NCBI GenBank assembly: GCA_020348885.1
Contig: CP070755.1
Span: 1,630,689 to 1,694,688 of the forward strand
Origin: Candidatus Coatesbacteria bacterium
GTDB taxonomy: Bacteria; RBG-13-66-14; B26-G2; WVWN01; G020348885
Length of the DNA: 64,000 nucleotides
Direction of reading: 5' to 3'
Position 1 is the first letter of the stretch. Each line of letters begins with the position of its first letter. Both the position numbers and the translations under genes were made by a program. The notes beneath the pieces were generated by a model. The model did not search any database, had not been told where the DNA came from, and saw only the letters and a list, made by a program, of their open reading frames with translations. Positions 10,692-20,639 of this stretch are shown one piece after another.

Positions 10692-10776
10692 GCATATATC
10701 GCGTGTTAATGCATCCATGCCATACCGTGCTGCTTTAAAAAAAAGGGTTTTTTTTTAGTTTGAGGGCAATTTTCTA

Positions 10777-10805
10777 TTGACTTTTTGATAGCGTTATCGG
10801 ATAAT
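10777..10805 (+). promoter_or_regulatory. Sigma70-type promoter for the RHH gene
   Basis: TTGACT-N17-GATAAT, with an A8-GGG-T9 tract upstream. Confidence 0.6.
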
Positions 10806-10940
10806 GGACCAAAATTGTCAGGGTTTGGCCGGGCTTCGTCCCGAACGCCAACCAAATCTTCTGACTTTCGAAGCCCCGCTAGCTAACCGGCTAAGCGGAA
10901 TAACCTGTTTCAAAAACCTAACCTAAAAAGGAGTGAAGAA

Positions 10941-11168
10941 ATGAAGAAAGCGAGAGCGGGAAGAACTAAGTCCGTTACGGTACGGTTAGACATCGAGATC
11001 AATGACCGCCTGGACGATTATTGCGCCGACACGAGGTTCTCGAAATCCTTGCTCGTGAACAGCGCCCTCGACTACTTCACTGGTTTGCCGGACGAACGCA
11101 AATTCGAAGTAATCAAGGACTACGTAATCGTCGCGAAGAAAGCCGCGCCGAAAGCCCCCGCCAGCTAA
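10941..11168 (+). CDS. Ribbon-helix-helix (CopG/Arc-like) DNA-binding protein
   Basis: KSVTVRL beta strand, helix, then SKSLLVNSAL; AAGGAG RBS. Confidence 0.75.
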   Translation: MKKARAGRTKSVTVRLDIEINDRLDDYCADTRFSKSLLVNSALDYFTGLPDERKFEVIKDYVIVAKKAAPKAPAS

Positions 11169-11207
11169 CGAGCGGTTGCCAAAGCGCTATACGACGGAAT
11201 ATAAAGG

Positions 11208-11237
11208 GCCGGCAACGGCGAGTTGCCGGCTTTTTTT
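11208..11237 (+). terminator. Intrinsic terminator
   Basis: Perfect 9-bp stem GCCGGCAAC/GTTGCCGGC followed by T7. Confidence 0.9.
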
Positions 11238-11314
11238 CGCGTTTTTACTCCGAATCACGAAATGGACGCGCTCTCCCACGGAATACGTTTACCGGGCAAA
11301 TAAATAGATATTAC

Positions 11315-11343
11315 TTGACATCACGATACCCTTATGATAAATA
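11315..11343 (+). promoter_or_regulatory. Promoter for tRNA-fMet
   Basis: TTGACA-N17-TAAATA immediately before the tRNA. Confidence 0.55.
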
Positions 11344-11348
11344 AGACG

Positions 11349-11422
<74 letters not shown>

Positions 11423-11431
11423 ATAGTTGCC

Positions 11432-11456
11432 GGGGCCGCTTCGACGGCCCTTTTTT
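11432..11456 (+). terminator. Intrinsic terminator after the tRNA
   Basis: GGGCCG-CTTCGA-CGGCCC followed by T7. Confidence 0.85.
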
Positions 11457-11557
11457 AAATACGTTTAACCGGCGCATTACTTCGCGGTTTATACTCATAA
11501 TACGCGAGAATAATAGGTTTAATCCATCCCGCCCGGTACAATTAGGTCCGGGTTACG

Positions 11558-13555
11558 ATGATGTATACGGGTAGTTTCGGAAAAAGACTAACGATAGGAT
11601 TTGCGGCTGGTACCCTCGCCGGTTTACTCGATTTCGCGGCGGCTTTCGCGGCGGGGCCGAATTTCGCGATATTCGAGCACTACCGGCTCCTATCGCTTCT
11701 CGCGTTAATTTCGACTCTACCCTTCGTAATCGTCGGTGTCGCGGCGGGCTTATTTTACCATTTCATCCGACTACTTCCCTTATTTAACCGGAGAACGTTT
11801 TTTCCAAGTACTTATACAACTGTCCTCGCGTTAGGCTTTACGTTCTTCGTATACGCGAGGTACATTTGGGTATTTAAGATATATCTCGTCGGGGCTCACC
11901 CGGTTTTTACTTACGTCAATTTAGCCGTAATGGTTGCGTTATTATTCCCCCTTACTTGGGCCCTCTACAGCGTTCTAATCCGTATAACAACATACTTGAA
12001 AAGGATTAAAATAACGCCGAAAATCGCCACCGGCGCGGTCTTCCTGTTGTTATTGACATTCCCCACCGTTGCCGTCGTATACTCGTCGGTAGAAGAACTA
12101 ACGCGGCCGTCGGAACAGCCGTTTATCTGCATCATTCTGGTGGACACCCTCCGGGTTGACCATTGTTCCTGCTACGGTTACGAGCGCGAAACGACGCCTT
12201 ACCTAGACGGGCTTGCCGGAAACGGAACGATATTCGAGAATTGTATCTCCCAGGCCCCGTGGACTAAACCGTCGGTGGCGACGTTATTTACCGGATTACC
12301 GTCAATTACCCATAAAACAGTAAGGATTTTCGATTCAATTCCCGGAGAATCCTACACGATGGCCGAAAGACTTAACGATGCGGGTTACGTAACGGTCGCC
12401 AATTCTTCTAATTTTCAAGTAACCCCCGATTTCAATTTCCAGCAGGGATTCGACTTCTTTATAACGGACCAAGAACACGTATTTCTTTCGGAGTATCTCG
12501 GTTGTATCGGAGCGAAAACGTTCGACCGGGCCTACGAATTCTATCTAAATGTTAAGCATAGGCAAACGTGGAAATGCCTGCCCATGAAAGAAATCGCCAG
12601 AAACCAGACGGAACAAGTACTATTAACGGTTTCGTTGCTTAACCGACGGCCGACTTTCATATATATACATTATATGGAACCGCACGTACCCTATATGCCC
12701 TCCGGGCGTTTCGGCGGAGTGTTCGGTCCGCCGGTTGACGACCCACGGTTTTTTCCCGACGCTTGTAACGTCGAATACACATTCTTAACGGATCCGGAAT
12801 CGCGTTACGACATTACGGAATCCCAAAAGGAGGAACTCGTACGCCGGTACGACTGCGAAATACGACAAAACGACGACGCGATAAGCCCCTGGGTCAACAT
12901 AATGGACCGTAAGAACCGGTGGGACGATTCGCTGCTAATATTCGTCGCCGACCACGGCGAAGAGTTTATGGACCACGGTTTTTTATACCACAACCGGGCC
13001 CTTTACCAGGAATCTATCCACGTTCCGCTTATTATATGGGATAGTCGGGTGAGTAAACAACCTAGTCGGGTAAGTCCTAACGTAATGGTCGCCGATATTA
13101 TGCCGACGGTACTCGATTGGGCCGCGACCGCGGTACCGTCGGAGAACCAGGATTTCTACGGCATCAGTTTATTACCTTCGTTAAACGGACAGGACGTCCC
13201 CGAAGGAAGGCGAATCATCGCCGAAATAGACTGGGACGTTTACGCGACAAGAGAATCCAAAACACCGGAAAGAAAGCCTGACGGTTATATAGTCTCCGAA
13301 AGCATCATAATAGATAACTATAAATTAATTCGAGACCATAACCGGAATAAGGTCTTAATATATGACTTAGCATCCGACCCCAATGAAGTCGAACCACTAA
13401 GCGGGTCAAACGGTAAAGCCGAATCCTTATCGTCCTTGGAAGACACCTTAAACGAAACGTTATCGTACTGGGAAAGAAAGGCGTTAACGAGCGAAGCGGT
13501 TAAAGTAGATGAAGAAACGTGGAACAAGATGAGAGACCTAGGTTATGTGAAATAA
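11558..13555 (+). CDS. Membrane-anchored sulfatase-like (alkaline phosphatase superfamily) protein
   Basis: About 5 N-terminal TM helices; ILVDTLRVDH, APWTKPS, HYMEPHVPY, ADHGEEF, HVPLI, terminal LGY. Confidence 0.85.
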   Translation: MMYTGSFGKRLTIGFAAGTLAGLLDFAAAFAAGPNFAIFEHYRLLSLLALISTLPFVIVGVAAGLFYHFIRLLPLFNRRTFFPSTYTTVLALGFTFFVYARYIWVFKIYLVGAHPVFTYVNLAVMVALLFPLTWALYSVLIRITTYLKRIKITPKIATGAVFLLLLTFPTVAVVYSSVEELTRPSEQPFICIILVDTLRVDHCSCYGYERETTPYLDGLAGNGTIFENCISQAPWTKPSVATLFTGLPSITHKTVRIFDSIPGESYTMAERLNDAGYVTVANSSNFQVTPDFNFQQGFDFFITDQEHVFLSEYLGCIGAKTFDRAYEFYLNVKHRQTWKCLPMKEIARNQTEQVLLTVSLLNRRPTFIYIHYMEPHVPYMPSGRFGGVFGPPVDDPRFFPDACNVEYTFLTDPESRYDITESQKEELVRRYDCEIRQNDDAISPWVNIMDRKNRWDDSLLIFVADHGEEFMDHGFLYHNRALYQESIHVPLIIWDSRVSKQPSRVSPNVMVADIMPTVLDWAATAVPSENQDFYGISLLPSLNGQDVPEGRRIIAEIDWDVYATRESKTPERKPDGYIVSESIIIDNYKLIRDHNRNKVLIYDLASDPNEVEPLSGSNGKAESLSSLEDTLNETLSYWERKALTSEAVKVDEETWNKMRDLGYVK

Positions 13556-13601
13556 CCAGCGTACGCACTAGAGAAGTTTCGACATCTTACTTCAAACCCT
13601 G

Positions 13602-15179
13602 TTAATCCGTACGGACTTCTCGTTTTTCGAAAACTGGTATCTCCTCGCCGAATAAACGTTTACCCATATCGGCATACTCTAAACTATCGACGTCCGATAA
13701 TCGGTCTACTATAACGCTAAAATATCGCGAGTCCTCCCTTACGAAATACGAATGGTAGTGGTCGAAGCTTCTATGTACAACCGCTACGGTCACAAACCCG
13801 TAATCTACCATATAGTGTTTGATAATACTTATTTCCGTATCGTCGGGGCTAAACTTCCCCGGCGAATCTAAAATCATTATAAGATCCGGATTGACGGATA
13901 TAAGGAACTCCGTCGATAGGCCGTTGTGCGCTATTTCCTCCGAGTTCAATCCCAACATATCTATAGTCTTCCAACCGGAGTAGTAAGGTAACGCCCCGGA
14001 TTCGCTAGTGAACATGGTTCCCGGGATGCCGGCCAGTTCCTTACCCATCGCAACACGATCGTACTGGGTTACATTCTCTTTTGCGAATAATACAGACGGC
14101 GTGAATCGTAAAGTCCATCCGGCGAATACAAGTACTAATATCAATGATACCCACCAGCGAGCGATAAACAACCGTTTATATTCCAGTTTCGCGAAGTAAT
14201 AAACGACGGCGTATAACGTAGCAGGGTAAACAGGGAATATAAACCGCCAGAAAAAACCTTGAATCGGGTTTATAAAAAACAAGTACAACCCGAAGAAGAT
14301 AGCACCTAATACTACCGGCAATATGTATATTATCCTTTTTTTATCGAAATATTTACCGGCTAAAAACGATATTATCAAAAAGTAGGGCGATAAATACCTA
14401 GTCAAAAATACCTTTACGTCGTTTACGCCCCACGGGCTTATTTTACCGGCGGTCCCGGCGAATTTTATATAGAAAGTATTCGGGAAGAAGTACCCGAAAT
14501 AACTTATCCGCCAGACCATATAAATAAGCCCGAACATAACGAAAACCGGGCAGGGTAAGAGGAAACCGCGTAAAAGTTTCCAGTTCTTATCGGCAGTAAG
14601 ATACGCCGTTAAACCTACGAAAATACCGAAGCTAAACACTAAAGTGTCGGGTCTAGTAAGCCCTCCGATGAAAGCGACGACCCACCAAAACCAACAATAC
14701 GACATCCTCGCCGGCCCGCCAGCTATTTCAAAACTTAACCTCGCAAGAACATAGAGAATGAAGGCCGTAAAAACGGTTTCGGTACCCTGTATTGTAAGAA
14801 ACGCGAACGGCGGGCTCAACGCTATCGACCCCGCGAAAATAAAAGCGAGACCCCAATTCATTTTCTTCGTAACGCGGGCGATATCCCAAATAATTAAAAG
14901 CACCGCGAGTACGGAGACCGTTTTTGAGAACAATACCGGGTTCAGGCCCAACAAAATCGCGAATGCGTTCAGTACGACCCAAGCGAAGCTGGTATAACCT
15001 TCCACCGGGTCCTCGCCAACGTTCCATACGACCCCGTGGCCGTGGGCAAGGTTTTGAGCGTACCGGTAGATAATATACGCGTCATCTAGTACGAAATCGT
15101 AACACAAGAACAACAAGAACCCGAAGGCCAAGGTACAAATCGTCCCGATAACGACGGTTTTTCGGTCGGGAGCTTTCAT
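13602..15179 (-). CDS. Polytopic membrane glycosyltransferase (GT-C-like, AftB-related)
   Basis: DDAYIIYRYAQNL..G.G..WN.GE.PVEGYTS loop, LTRPD, YFGYFFPNTFYIK, IDMLGL. Confidence 0.75.
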   Translation of the reverse strand: MKAPDRKTVVIGTICTLAFGFLLFLCYDFVLDDAYIIYRYAQNLAHGHGVVWNVGEDPVEGYTSFAWVVLNAFAILLGLNPVLFSKTVSVLAVLLIIWDIARVTKKMNWGLAFIFAGSIALSPPFAFLTIQGTETVFTAFILYVLARLSFEIAGGPARMSYCWFWWVVAFIGGLTRPDTLVFSFGIFVGLTAYLTADKNWKLLRGFLLPCPVFVMFGLIYMVWRISYFGYFFPNTFYIKFAGTAGKISPWGVNDVKVFLTRYLSPYFLIISFLAGKYFDKKRIIYILPVVLGAIFFGLYLFFINPIQGFFWRFIFPVYPATLYAVVYYFAKLEYKRLFIARWWVSLILVLVFAGWTLRFTPSVLFAKENVTQYDRVAMGKELAGIPGTMFTSESGALPYYSGWKTIDMLGLNSEEIAHNGLSTEFLISVNPDLIMILDSPGKFSPDDTEISIIKHYMVDYGFVTVAVVHRSFDHYHSYFVREDSRYFSVIVDRLSDVDSLEYADMGKRLFGEEIPVFEKREVRTD

Positions 15180-15517
15180 ATCCAGGTACTAGATTCTTTG
15201 CGGTCCAGCAAAGCCTCTTCTAACGAAGGAGTTTCGACTGGTACGTACGCTCAACTTACGGTATTCTAATCTCGCCGTCGCCGCATTTCAACGACAAACG
15301 GCCACCGTACGGTCGAAGTAAAACGGCGGCGGATTCGAGAATCCGGGACATCCGCCTTGCCCGGAGGCTAATACTATGTTATACGACTATACTCATATAC
15401 CTATGAAACCGCTAAAAAAAGCCGTAGAAATTGCCGACGCACTGTGCCGTAGCGAGCGACCGAGCCGTTCTTTACGTTATTAAACGGTACTCTTAGTTTA
15501 GTACACCCGGCGCTAAC

Positions 15518-17548
15518 ATGGCGTTTATATTCTCCAACACCGTCTTGGCCCTGTTTTCCGCGGTCGCGTTTTACGCGACGGGCCGCGTTCTCGCGACGGT
15601 CTTCGGCTTCCGGGCCCAAAACGTATCGGAAAAGTTCGCAGTTTATATCCCGTTCGGGATGGCTGCGTACGCCCTAGCTTTCACGGTCTTCGGCTTCGCG
15701 CATCTTTATCACCCGACAACGGCATACGTTGCCCTGATCGCCGGATGCGCTTTCATCGGATATAAACCCCGAGGGCTAATCGAAGAATTATACTCGGCTT
15801 TCCTTTCCGTCGTCAAGGGGTTAACGGCTTATAAAGAACCTGAAAAAGCGTTTTCGGTCGCAATCTTTACCCTCCTAACGGTTTTCTTTACCTTGGCGGC
15901 CCTGAGTCCCGAAATTTGGAAATGGGACGTTTTAACGTACCATCTTACGTTACCGGCCCGTTATATAACGAACGGCGGTATTTATTTTATCCCCGATATC
16001 CGCGCATCCTCTTTCCCCCAGTACCAGGAACAGACCAACCTTTTCGGGATGTTGCTATATTCTGACCGCCTGTCACGTTTCTTCGTTTTAACGACGTGGG
16101 TTTCTTTAGCCGCGATGACCTACGCCGGGGCAAAACGCTTTTTCGGGGGCCGTTCGGCGAACTTCGCCGCGTTGACGTTTATCGTCTGCCCTTTTACCCT
16201 CGGTTTTTTACCGGTCAGCGTAAACGATTTATGGTGGGCTTCCTTCTTCTGCCTATCGGTTTTCTTCGCGTATAGATGGGCCGTCAACGGGGGATTCGGT
16301 AATATACTGGCGGCGTCTTTTCTCGCGGGAATCGCGATGGGAAGTAAAATCCTCCACGTATTCCTTCTCGTATATTATTTTGCTTTTTTAATATACGCCC
16401 TTAATAAAAGACGCACAGAAACTCTTAAAATTATCGGGAGTTTCGCCGCCTTTTTATCCGTGAGTATTATTATCGCTTCGCCGTGGTTCGTAAGGAATTA
16501 TATACATACGGGAGACTTATTGGGGTTCGTCAACAACGATTACGAGAACGTCGCTCATTGGCGCGGTGAGGATTATCCCGGCGGATTATTAGGCAAGCTC
16601 CTCTGGTTCATATCGCTTCCGACGTTCAACGGCCCCGAGGTTAACGCCTTTACTTGGCCGTTATTGTACTTATATGTTCTGTTCGGCCGCTTCAGTTGGC
16701 GCCAGTGCTACGGGCTCGGGCTATTGTTATATCCCGGCATGCTGCTATCCTTTTTCTCCGGTAAGGATACCCGCAAGCGAACGATCGCCTTCACTTTGGT
16801 AATCCTACTATATCTCCTCATTTGGGTTTTCCTGTTTAAGGCCACCAACCCGCGATACCTTTTACCCATAGTCCCCATTATGGCCATCCTAAGCGGTTAC
16901 GGGTACTCCAAGTTTATTACGTCGAACCGTAGTCTATTGAAAGGTGTCGGGATCTTCGTGTTCGTTGTCTCGTTAGCCTTGACCGCCGTTGGAACAAAAG
17001 GGGTAATCGAGGACAGGATCGAATGGGTACTCGTCGGCGTAAACCCCGGATACCATAAACAGTACTTACTGGACGTGATGTTCGGAGGAGAAGACTTACC
17101 CGGGGCGATCGACGAACTACCGACCGAATCGAAAATCTTCAGCACCGATTCATTCGTCTATTACTTACCGGATAACGTATTCGTCGCCGACAGCAGGAAC
17201 ACGTTCTTTTTCGATTACAACGAAGCATCAAACCCCGTCGGATTATACACGCTTATCCGCGCCGAAGGCTATACGCACGTTTTAAGCGACCCGGAAAAAT
17301 CCGACTTCTACTTCCCGGGTAATCGGTTCGGCGGCGACCCCCGACGCTACCAATATCACTTTACCAGGGATTTTCTAGCTGAATACGCCGCACCTACCGG
17401 CGGTGCCGACGGCGACGGTAAATTCGGGAATAGGCGGCTTTATCGGCTGAAAGAAGAGAATGAGTTGACCTCGATCCCGCGAAAAGAAACTAGCGTCAGC
17501 GAATTAACTAAAGAAGCCCGGGAAGCTTTTGTAACGAAGACCGACTAA
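15518..17548 (+). CDS. Polytopic membrane glycosyltransferase (GT-C, ArnT/PMT-like)
   Basis: More than 12 TM helices; WDVLTYHL, PWFVRNYIHTG, RYLLP motifs. Confidence 0.7.
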   Translation: MAFIFSNTVLALFSAVAFYATGRVLATVFGFRAQNVSEKFAVYIPFGMAAYALAFTVFGFAHLYHPTTAYVALIAGCAFIGYKPRGLIEELYSAFLSVVKGLTAYKEPEKAFSVAIFTLLTVFFTLAALSPEIWKWDVLTYHLTLPARYITNGGIYFIPDIRASSFPQYQEQTNLFGMLLYSDRLSRFFVLTTWVSLAAMTYAGAKRFFGGRSANFAALTFIVCPFTLGFLPVSVNDLWWASFFCLSVFFAYRWAVNGGFGNILAASFLAGIAMGSKILHVFLLVYYFAFLIYALNKRRTETLKIIGSFAAFLSVSIIIASPWFVRNYIHTGDLLGFVNNDYENVAHWRGEDYPGGLLGKLLWFISLPTFNGPEVNAFTWPLLYLYVLFGRFSWRQCYGLGLLLYPGMLLSFFSGKDTRKRTIAFTLVILLYLLIWVFLFKATNPRYLLPIVPIMAILSGYGYSKFITSNRSLLKGVGIFVFVVSLALTAVGTKGVIEDRIEWVLVGVNPGYHKQYLLDVMFGGEDLPGAIDELPTESKIFSTDSFVYYLPDNVFVADSRNTFFFDYNEASNPVGLYTLIRAEGYTHVLSDPEKSDFYFPGNRFGGDPRRYQYHFTRDFLAEYAAPTGGADGDGKFGNRRLYRLKEENELTSIPRKETSVSELTKEAREAFVTKTD

Positions 17549-17631
17549 CCGGATTCCAAACGGAACACGTTACCCCGCCGTACCCTTTAAAGGTCGGTCA
17601 GAATAACGCCGGTTTAAACGTTAAAATCCCC

Positions 17632-17660
17632 TTGCACCCCCGTAGACCCTATGTTATATC
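17632..17660 (+). promoter_or_regulatory. Putative promoter at the head of the nuo operon
   Basis: TTGCAC-N17-TATATC with extended -10 TG; GGAGG RBS before nuoC. Confidence 0.5.
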
Positions 17661-17690
17661 TTCGGCAAATTTGACCCTGGAGGAACACCG

Positions 17691-18158
17691 ATGGCTACGT
17701 TTACTGAAACCGCGAAAAAACTCAAAGCCGAACTCGCCGAAACGATCATCGAAATATCCGACGGGAATAAAATACCGTACGTAAAAATTGACGCAACCGC
17801 CGCACACGACGCCGCCACGGCCCTCTACGGCGCCGGTTACGACTCCCTCCTGTACATCACGGCCAAAGACTACCCCGACGACGGCGAACTCGAGCTGGTC
17901 TGGCACTATTTTTCCTACCCGACGAACGAGGAGTTCTTCGTCAAGGCACGGGTACCGCGGTCAGGCGCCCACGTACCGACTATCTCCGATATATACGCCC
18001 ACGCCGAGTGGCAGGAGGACGAGGTCTACGAGATGTTCGGCGTGGCCTTCGAAGGGCACCCGAACCCGAGGCGCCTCCTCACGCCCGAGTGGCTCGAGGG
18101 ACACCCCTTACTTAAAGATTACGAAAACCCCGATTTGGAGAAGATACCCAATCAATAA
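17691..18158 (+). CDS. nuoC: NADH-quinone oxidoreductase subunit C
   Basis: AEWQEDEVYEMFGVAFEGHPNPRRLL...GHPLLKDY. Confidence 0.93.
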   Translation: MATFTETAKKLKAELAETIIEISDGNKIPYVKIDATAAHDAATALYGAGYDSLLYITAKDYPDDGELELVWHYFSYPTNEEFFVKARVPRSGAHVPTISDIYAHAEWQEDEVYEMFGVAFEGHPNPRRLLTPEWLEGHPLLKDYENPDLEKIPNQ

Positions 18159-18256
18159 CGATGCGTCGTATGCGCTGTACGCGGATTGGATCCGCTGCTA
18201 CTAGGAATTACTTATTGACTAAATAGAAATAACCGGAAGTTTTTAGGAGCGACCCG

Positions 18257-19378
18257 ATGTCCACCGAAACTCGCGAGCTGAGGACCGAAGAGTTCAAGGT
18301 CAACATAGGCCCCCAGCACCCCAGCACCCACGGCGTCTTCCGAATGGTCAACACGATGGACGGCGAGCGCATCGTCGCCTGTGAACCCCACATCGGCTTC
18401 CTCCACCGCTCGATGGAGAAGATGGCCGAGAACCGCCAGTACATCTCCTACCTCATGATGACCGACCGAATCGACTACCTGAGCGGCCTCTTCTGCAACG
18501 AGGCCCACTGCAGAGCCATCGAGGAGTTATACGAACTGGAAGTTACCAAACGCGCTCAGTACATCCGCGTGATGCTGATGGAACTCAACCGCATCGCCAG
18601 CCACTCGATCTTCTGGGGCATCTTCGCCCTGGACCTGGGCGCCATCACCCCGTTCCTCTGGGCCTTCCGCGAGCGCGAGGTCGTGATGGACTTGCTCGAG
18701 ATGACCACCGGCCAGCGGATAACGTTCAGCTACTTTCGGCCCGGCGGCGTCGCCGAGGACCTTCCGGTGGAAGACTTCTTGCGACGGGCCAAGTTCTTCG
18801 TAAAAGACTTCCCGTACCGGGTCGCCGACTACCACCGCCTGCTAGATAAAAACGAGATATTCGTTCACCGGACCAAAGGCGTAGGCGTAATCCCGGCCGA
18901 CATGGCCGTAAACTACGGTCTGACCGGACCGAATCTGCGGTGCTCGGGCGTAGACTTCGACCTGCGTAAAGACCGGCCGTACGAATGTTACGAGGACTTC
19001 GATTTCGACGTGATTACGTACGAAGAAGGCGACTGCTACGCCCGCTATATGGCCCGTATTTACGAGATGGAAGAGTCGTACCGGATATTCAAGCAGGCCC
19101 TCGAGGGACTGCCCGAGGGCGACGTCAAGTCGCCGGATACGCCGAAGAAGATAAAACCGCCGGCCGGCGAGGTTTACGTCCGGGTCGAGTCGCCCCGCGG
19201 CGACTACGGCCTTTATATGGAAAGCGACGGGTCCGACAAACCTTACCGTTACAAGCTCCGGACGCCGTCGTTCAGCAATTTGTGCATCCTCCCGAAGCTG
19301 CTCGAGAACGCGTACCTGGCCGACATGGTCCCCATCTTTGGGTCGTTGGACGTAATACTCCCCGACGTGGACCGCTAA
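18257..19378 (+). CDS. nuoD: NADH-quinone oxidoreductase subunit D
   Basis: NIGPQHPSTHGV, GFLHR..EK, DRIDY, ESPRG, terminal DVDR. Confidence 0.96.
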   Translation: MSTETRELRTEEFKVNIGPQHPSTHGVFRMVNTMDGERIVACEPHIGFLHRSMEKMAENRQYISYLMMTDRIDYLSGLFCNEAHCRAIEELYELEVTKRAQYIRVMLMELNRIASHSIFWGIFALDLGAITPFLWAFREREVVMDLLEMTTGQRITFSYFRPGGVAEDLPVEDFLRRAKFFVKDFPYRVADYHRLLDKNEIFVHRTKGVGVIPADMAVNYGLTGPNLRCSGVDFDLRKDRPYECYEDFDFDVITYEEGDCYARYMARIYEMEESYRIFKQALEGLPEGDVKSPDTPKKIKPPAGEVYVRVESPRGDYGLYMESDGSDKPYRYKLRTPSFSNLCILPKLLENAYLADMVPIFGSLDVILPDVDR

Positions 19379-19384
19379 TATAAT

Positions 19385-19546
19385 ATGGTATCGAAGGAGA
19401 AAAACGAAAACGAAGAACTAAAGCCGGAGTACGACCGTCGGGGTCTTAAGCCGATATACCTTCTATTCGGCGTCCTGATCGCGATAATCGCCGGCATAAT
19501 CGGGTTCTTCGTAGCCCTCTTCGGCAGGAGCAGGCGGTACTTCTAG
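19385..19546 (+). CDS. 53-aa single-TM microprotein (not in ORF track)
   Basis: MVSKEKNENEELKPEYDRRGLKPIYLLFGVLIAIIAGIIGFFVALFGRSRRYF; starts 6 nt after the nuoD stop. Confidence 0.6.
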   Translation: MVSKEKNENEELKPEYDRRGLKPIYLLFGVLIAIIAGIIGFFVALFGRSRRYF

Positions 19547-19595
19547 CGGTACTTAAACGCGAACGGAACGCTGTAGGCATCGAAGGACGTTACAT

Positions 19596-20627
19596 ATGCA
19601 CGCGCTCTTCGGCTGGTTGAACGAAAAGTGGACCGCCCTAATCGAGTGGCTCGGTCTCCCGGACTTCATCGTACCCGCCGGACAGATGGTCTTCGACGGA
19701 ATATGCGTCGCCGGGTTCATCGCCGTACTGGTACTCTTCCTGATATGGCTGGAGCGTAAAATCTCCGGCCACGCCCAGGACCGGTTCGGGCCGATGCGGG
19801 TCGGCTGGCACGGCTGCATCCAGACCGTCGCCGACGCTATAAAGCTAATCCAGAAGGAGGACATAGTCCCCGCCCGGGCCGACCGCTGGGTATATAACGT
19901 CGCGCCGTTTGTAGCCTTCGCGCCCACGGTCATCGCCTTCGTCGTCATACCCTTCGGCGACGGCGTCATCGTCAAGGACCTGAACATCGGTATTCTCTAT
20001 CTCTTCGCGATAACCAGCTTTGCCGTAATCGCGATTGTAATGGGCGGCTGGGCTTCCAACAACAAGTACGCGCTCTTGGGCGCTTTCCGGTCCGCGGCCC
20101 AACTCGTCAGCTACGAAGTACCGCTGGTACTCTCGGTCCTGGGCGTCTTGATGCTCGCCGGGACGATGCGGATGGGCGGAATCGTTGAAGCTCAGAGCTC
20201 TATGTGGTTCATCGTTTATCAGCCGCTGGGGTTCCTGATATACTTCGTCGCCGCGACGGCCGAGGTCAACCGTACGCCCTTCGACATCCCTGAGGCGGAA
20301 CAGGAGCTCGTGGCCGGGTTCAACGTCGAATACTCCGGAATGAAGTTCGCGATGTTCTTTCTGGCCGAGTTCGCGAACATGTTTCTGGTTGCTGCGATCG
20401 CGACGACGCTCTTCCTCGGCGGCTGGAAGGGACCTTTTCAGCCGTATATTCCCGGCGAGGTTTGGTTCCTCGTCAAGGCCCTGGGCCTTACGGCGCTCAT
20501 CCAGGTCTTCCGGTGGACGTACCCGCGGCTCCGCGTGGACCAACTAATGAGCTTCGCGTGGAAGCTGCTTTTGCCGTTAGCGTTTTTGAACATAATCGTC
20601 ACAGGGTTGATACTCGTACTGCGATAA
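19596..20627 (+). CDS. nuoH: NADH-quinone oxidoreductase subunit H
   Basis: WLERK...QDRFGP.RVG, ADAIKL..KE, SYEVP, AEVNRTPFDIPEAEQELVAGF, PRLRVDQL. Confidence 0.97.
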   Translation: MHALFGWLNEKWTALIEWLGLPDFIVPAGQMVFDGICVAGFIAVLVLFLIWLERKISGHAQDRFGPMRVGWHGCIQTVADAIKLIQKEDIVPARADRWVYNVAPFVAFAPTVIAFVVIPFGDGVIVKDLNIGILYLFAITSFAVIAIVMGGWASNNKYALLGAFRSAAQLVSYEVPLVLSVLGVLMLAGTMRMGGIVEAQSSMWFIVYQPLGFLIYFVAATAEVNRTPFDIPEAEQELVAGFNVEYSGMKFAMFFLAEFANMFLVAAIATTLFLGGWKGPFQPYIPGEVWFLVKALGLTALIQVFRWTYPRLRVDQLMSFAWKLLLPLAFLNIIVTGLILVLR

Positions 20628-20639
20628 AAAGGAGGAACC

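Noticed and set aside
10941..11344. Toxin-antitoxin pair
   Set aside because: A strong terminator follows the RHH gene; the overlapping 107-aa ORF has no toxin motif and runs through the terminator.
11423..17600. Integrative element or prophage at the tRNA
   Set aside because: No integrase, phage genes or duplicated tRNA 3' end seen.
18257..19378. Group 4 [NiFe]-hydrogenase large subunit
   Set aside because: Both CxxC nickel-binding motifs are absent; the quinone-site DY and HGV motifs are present.
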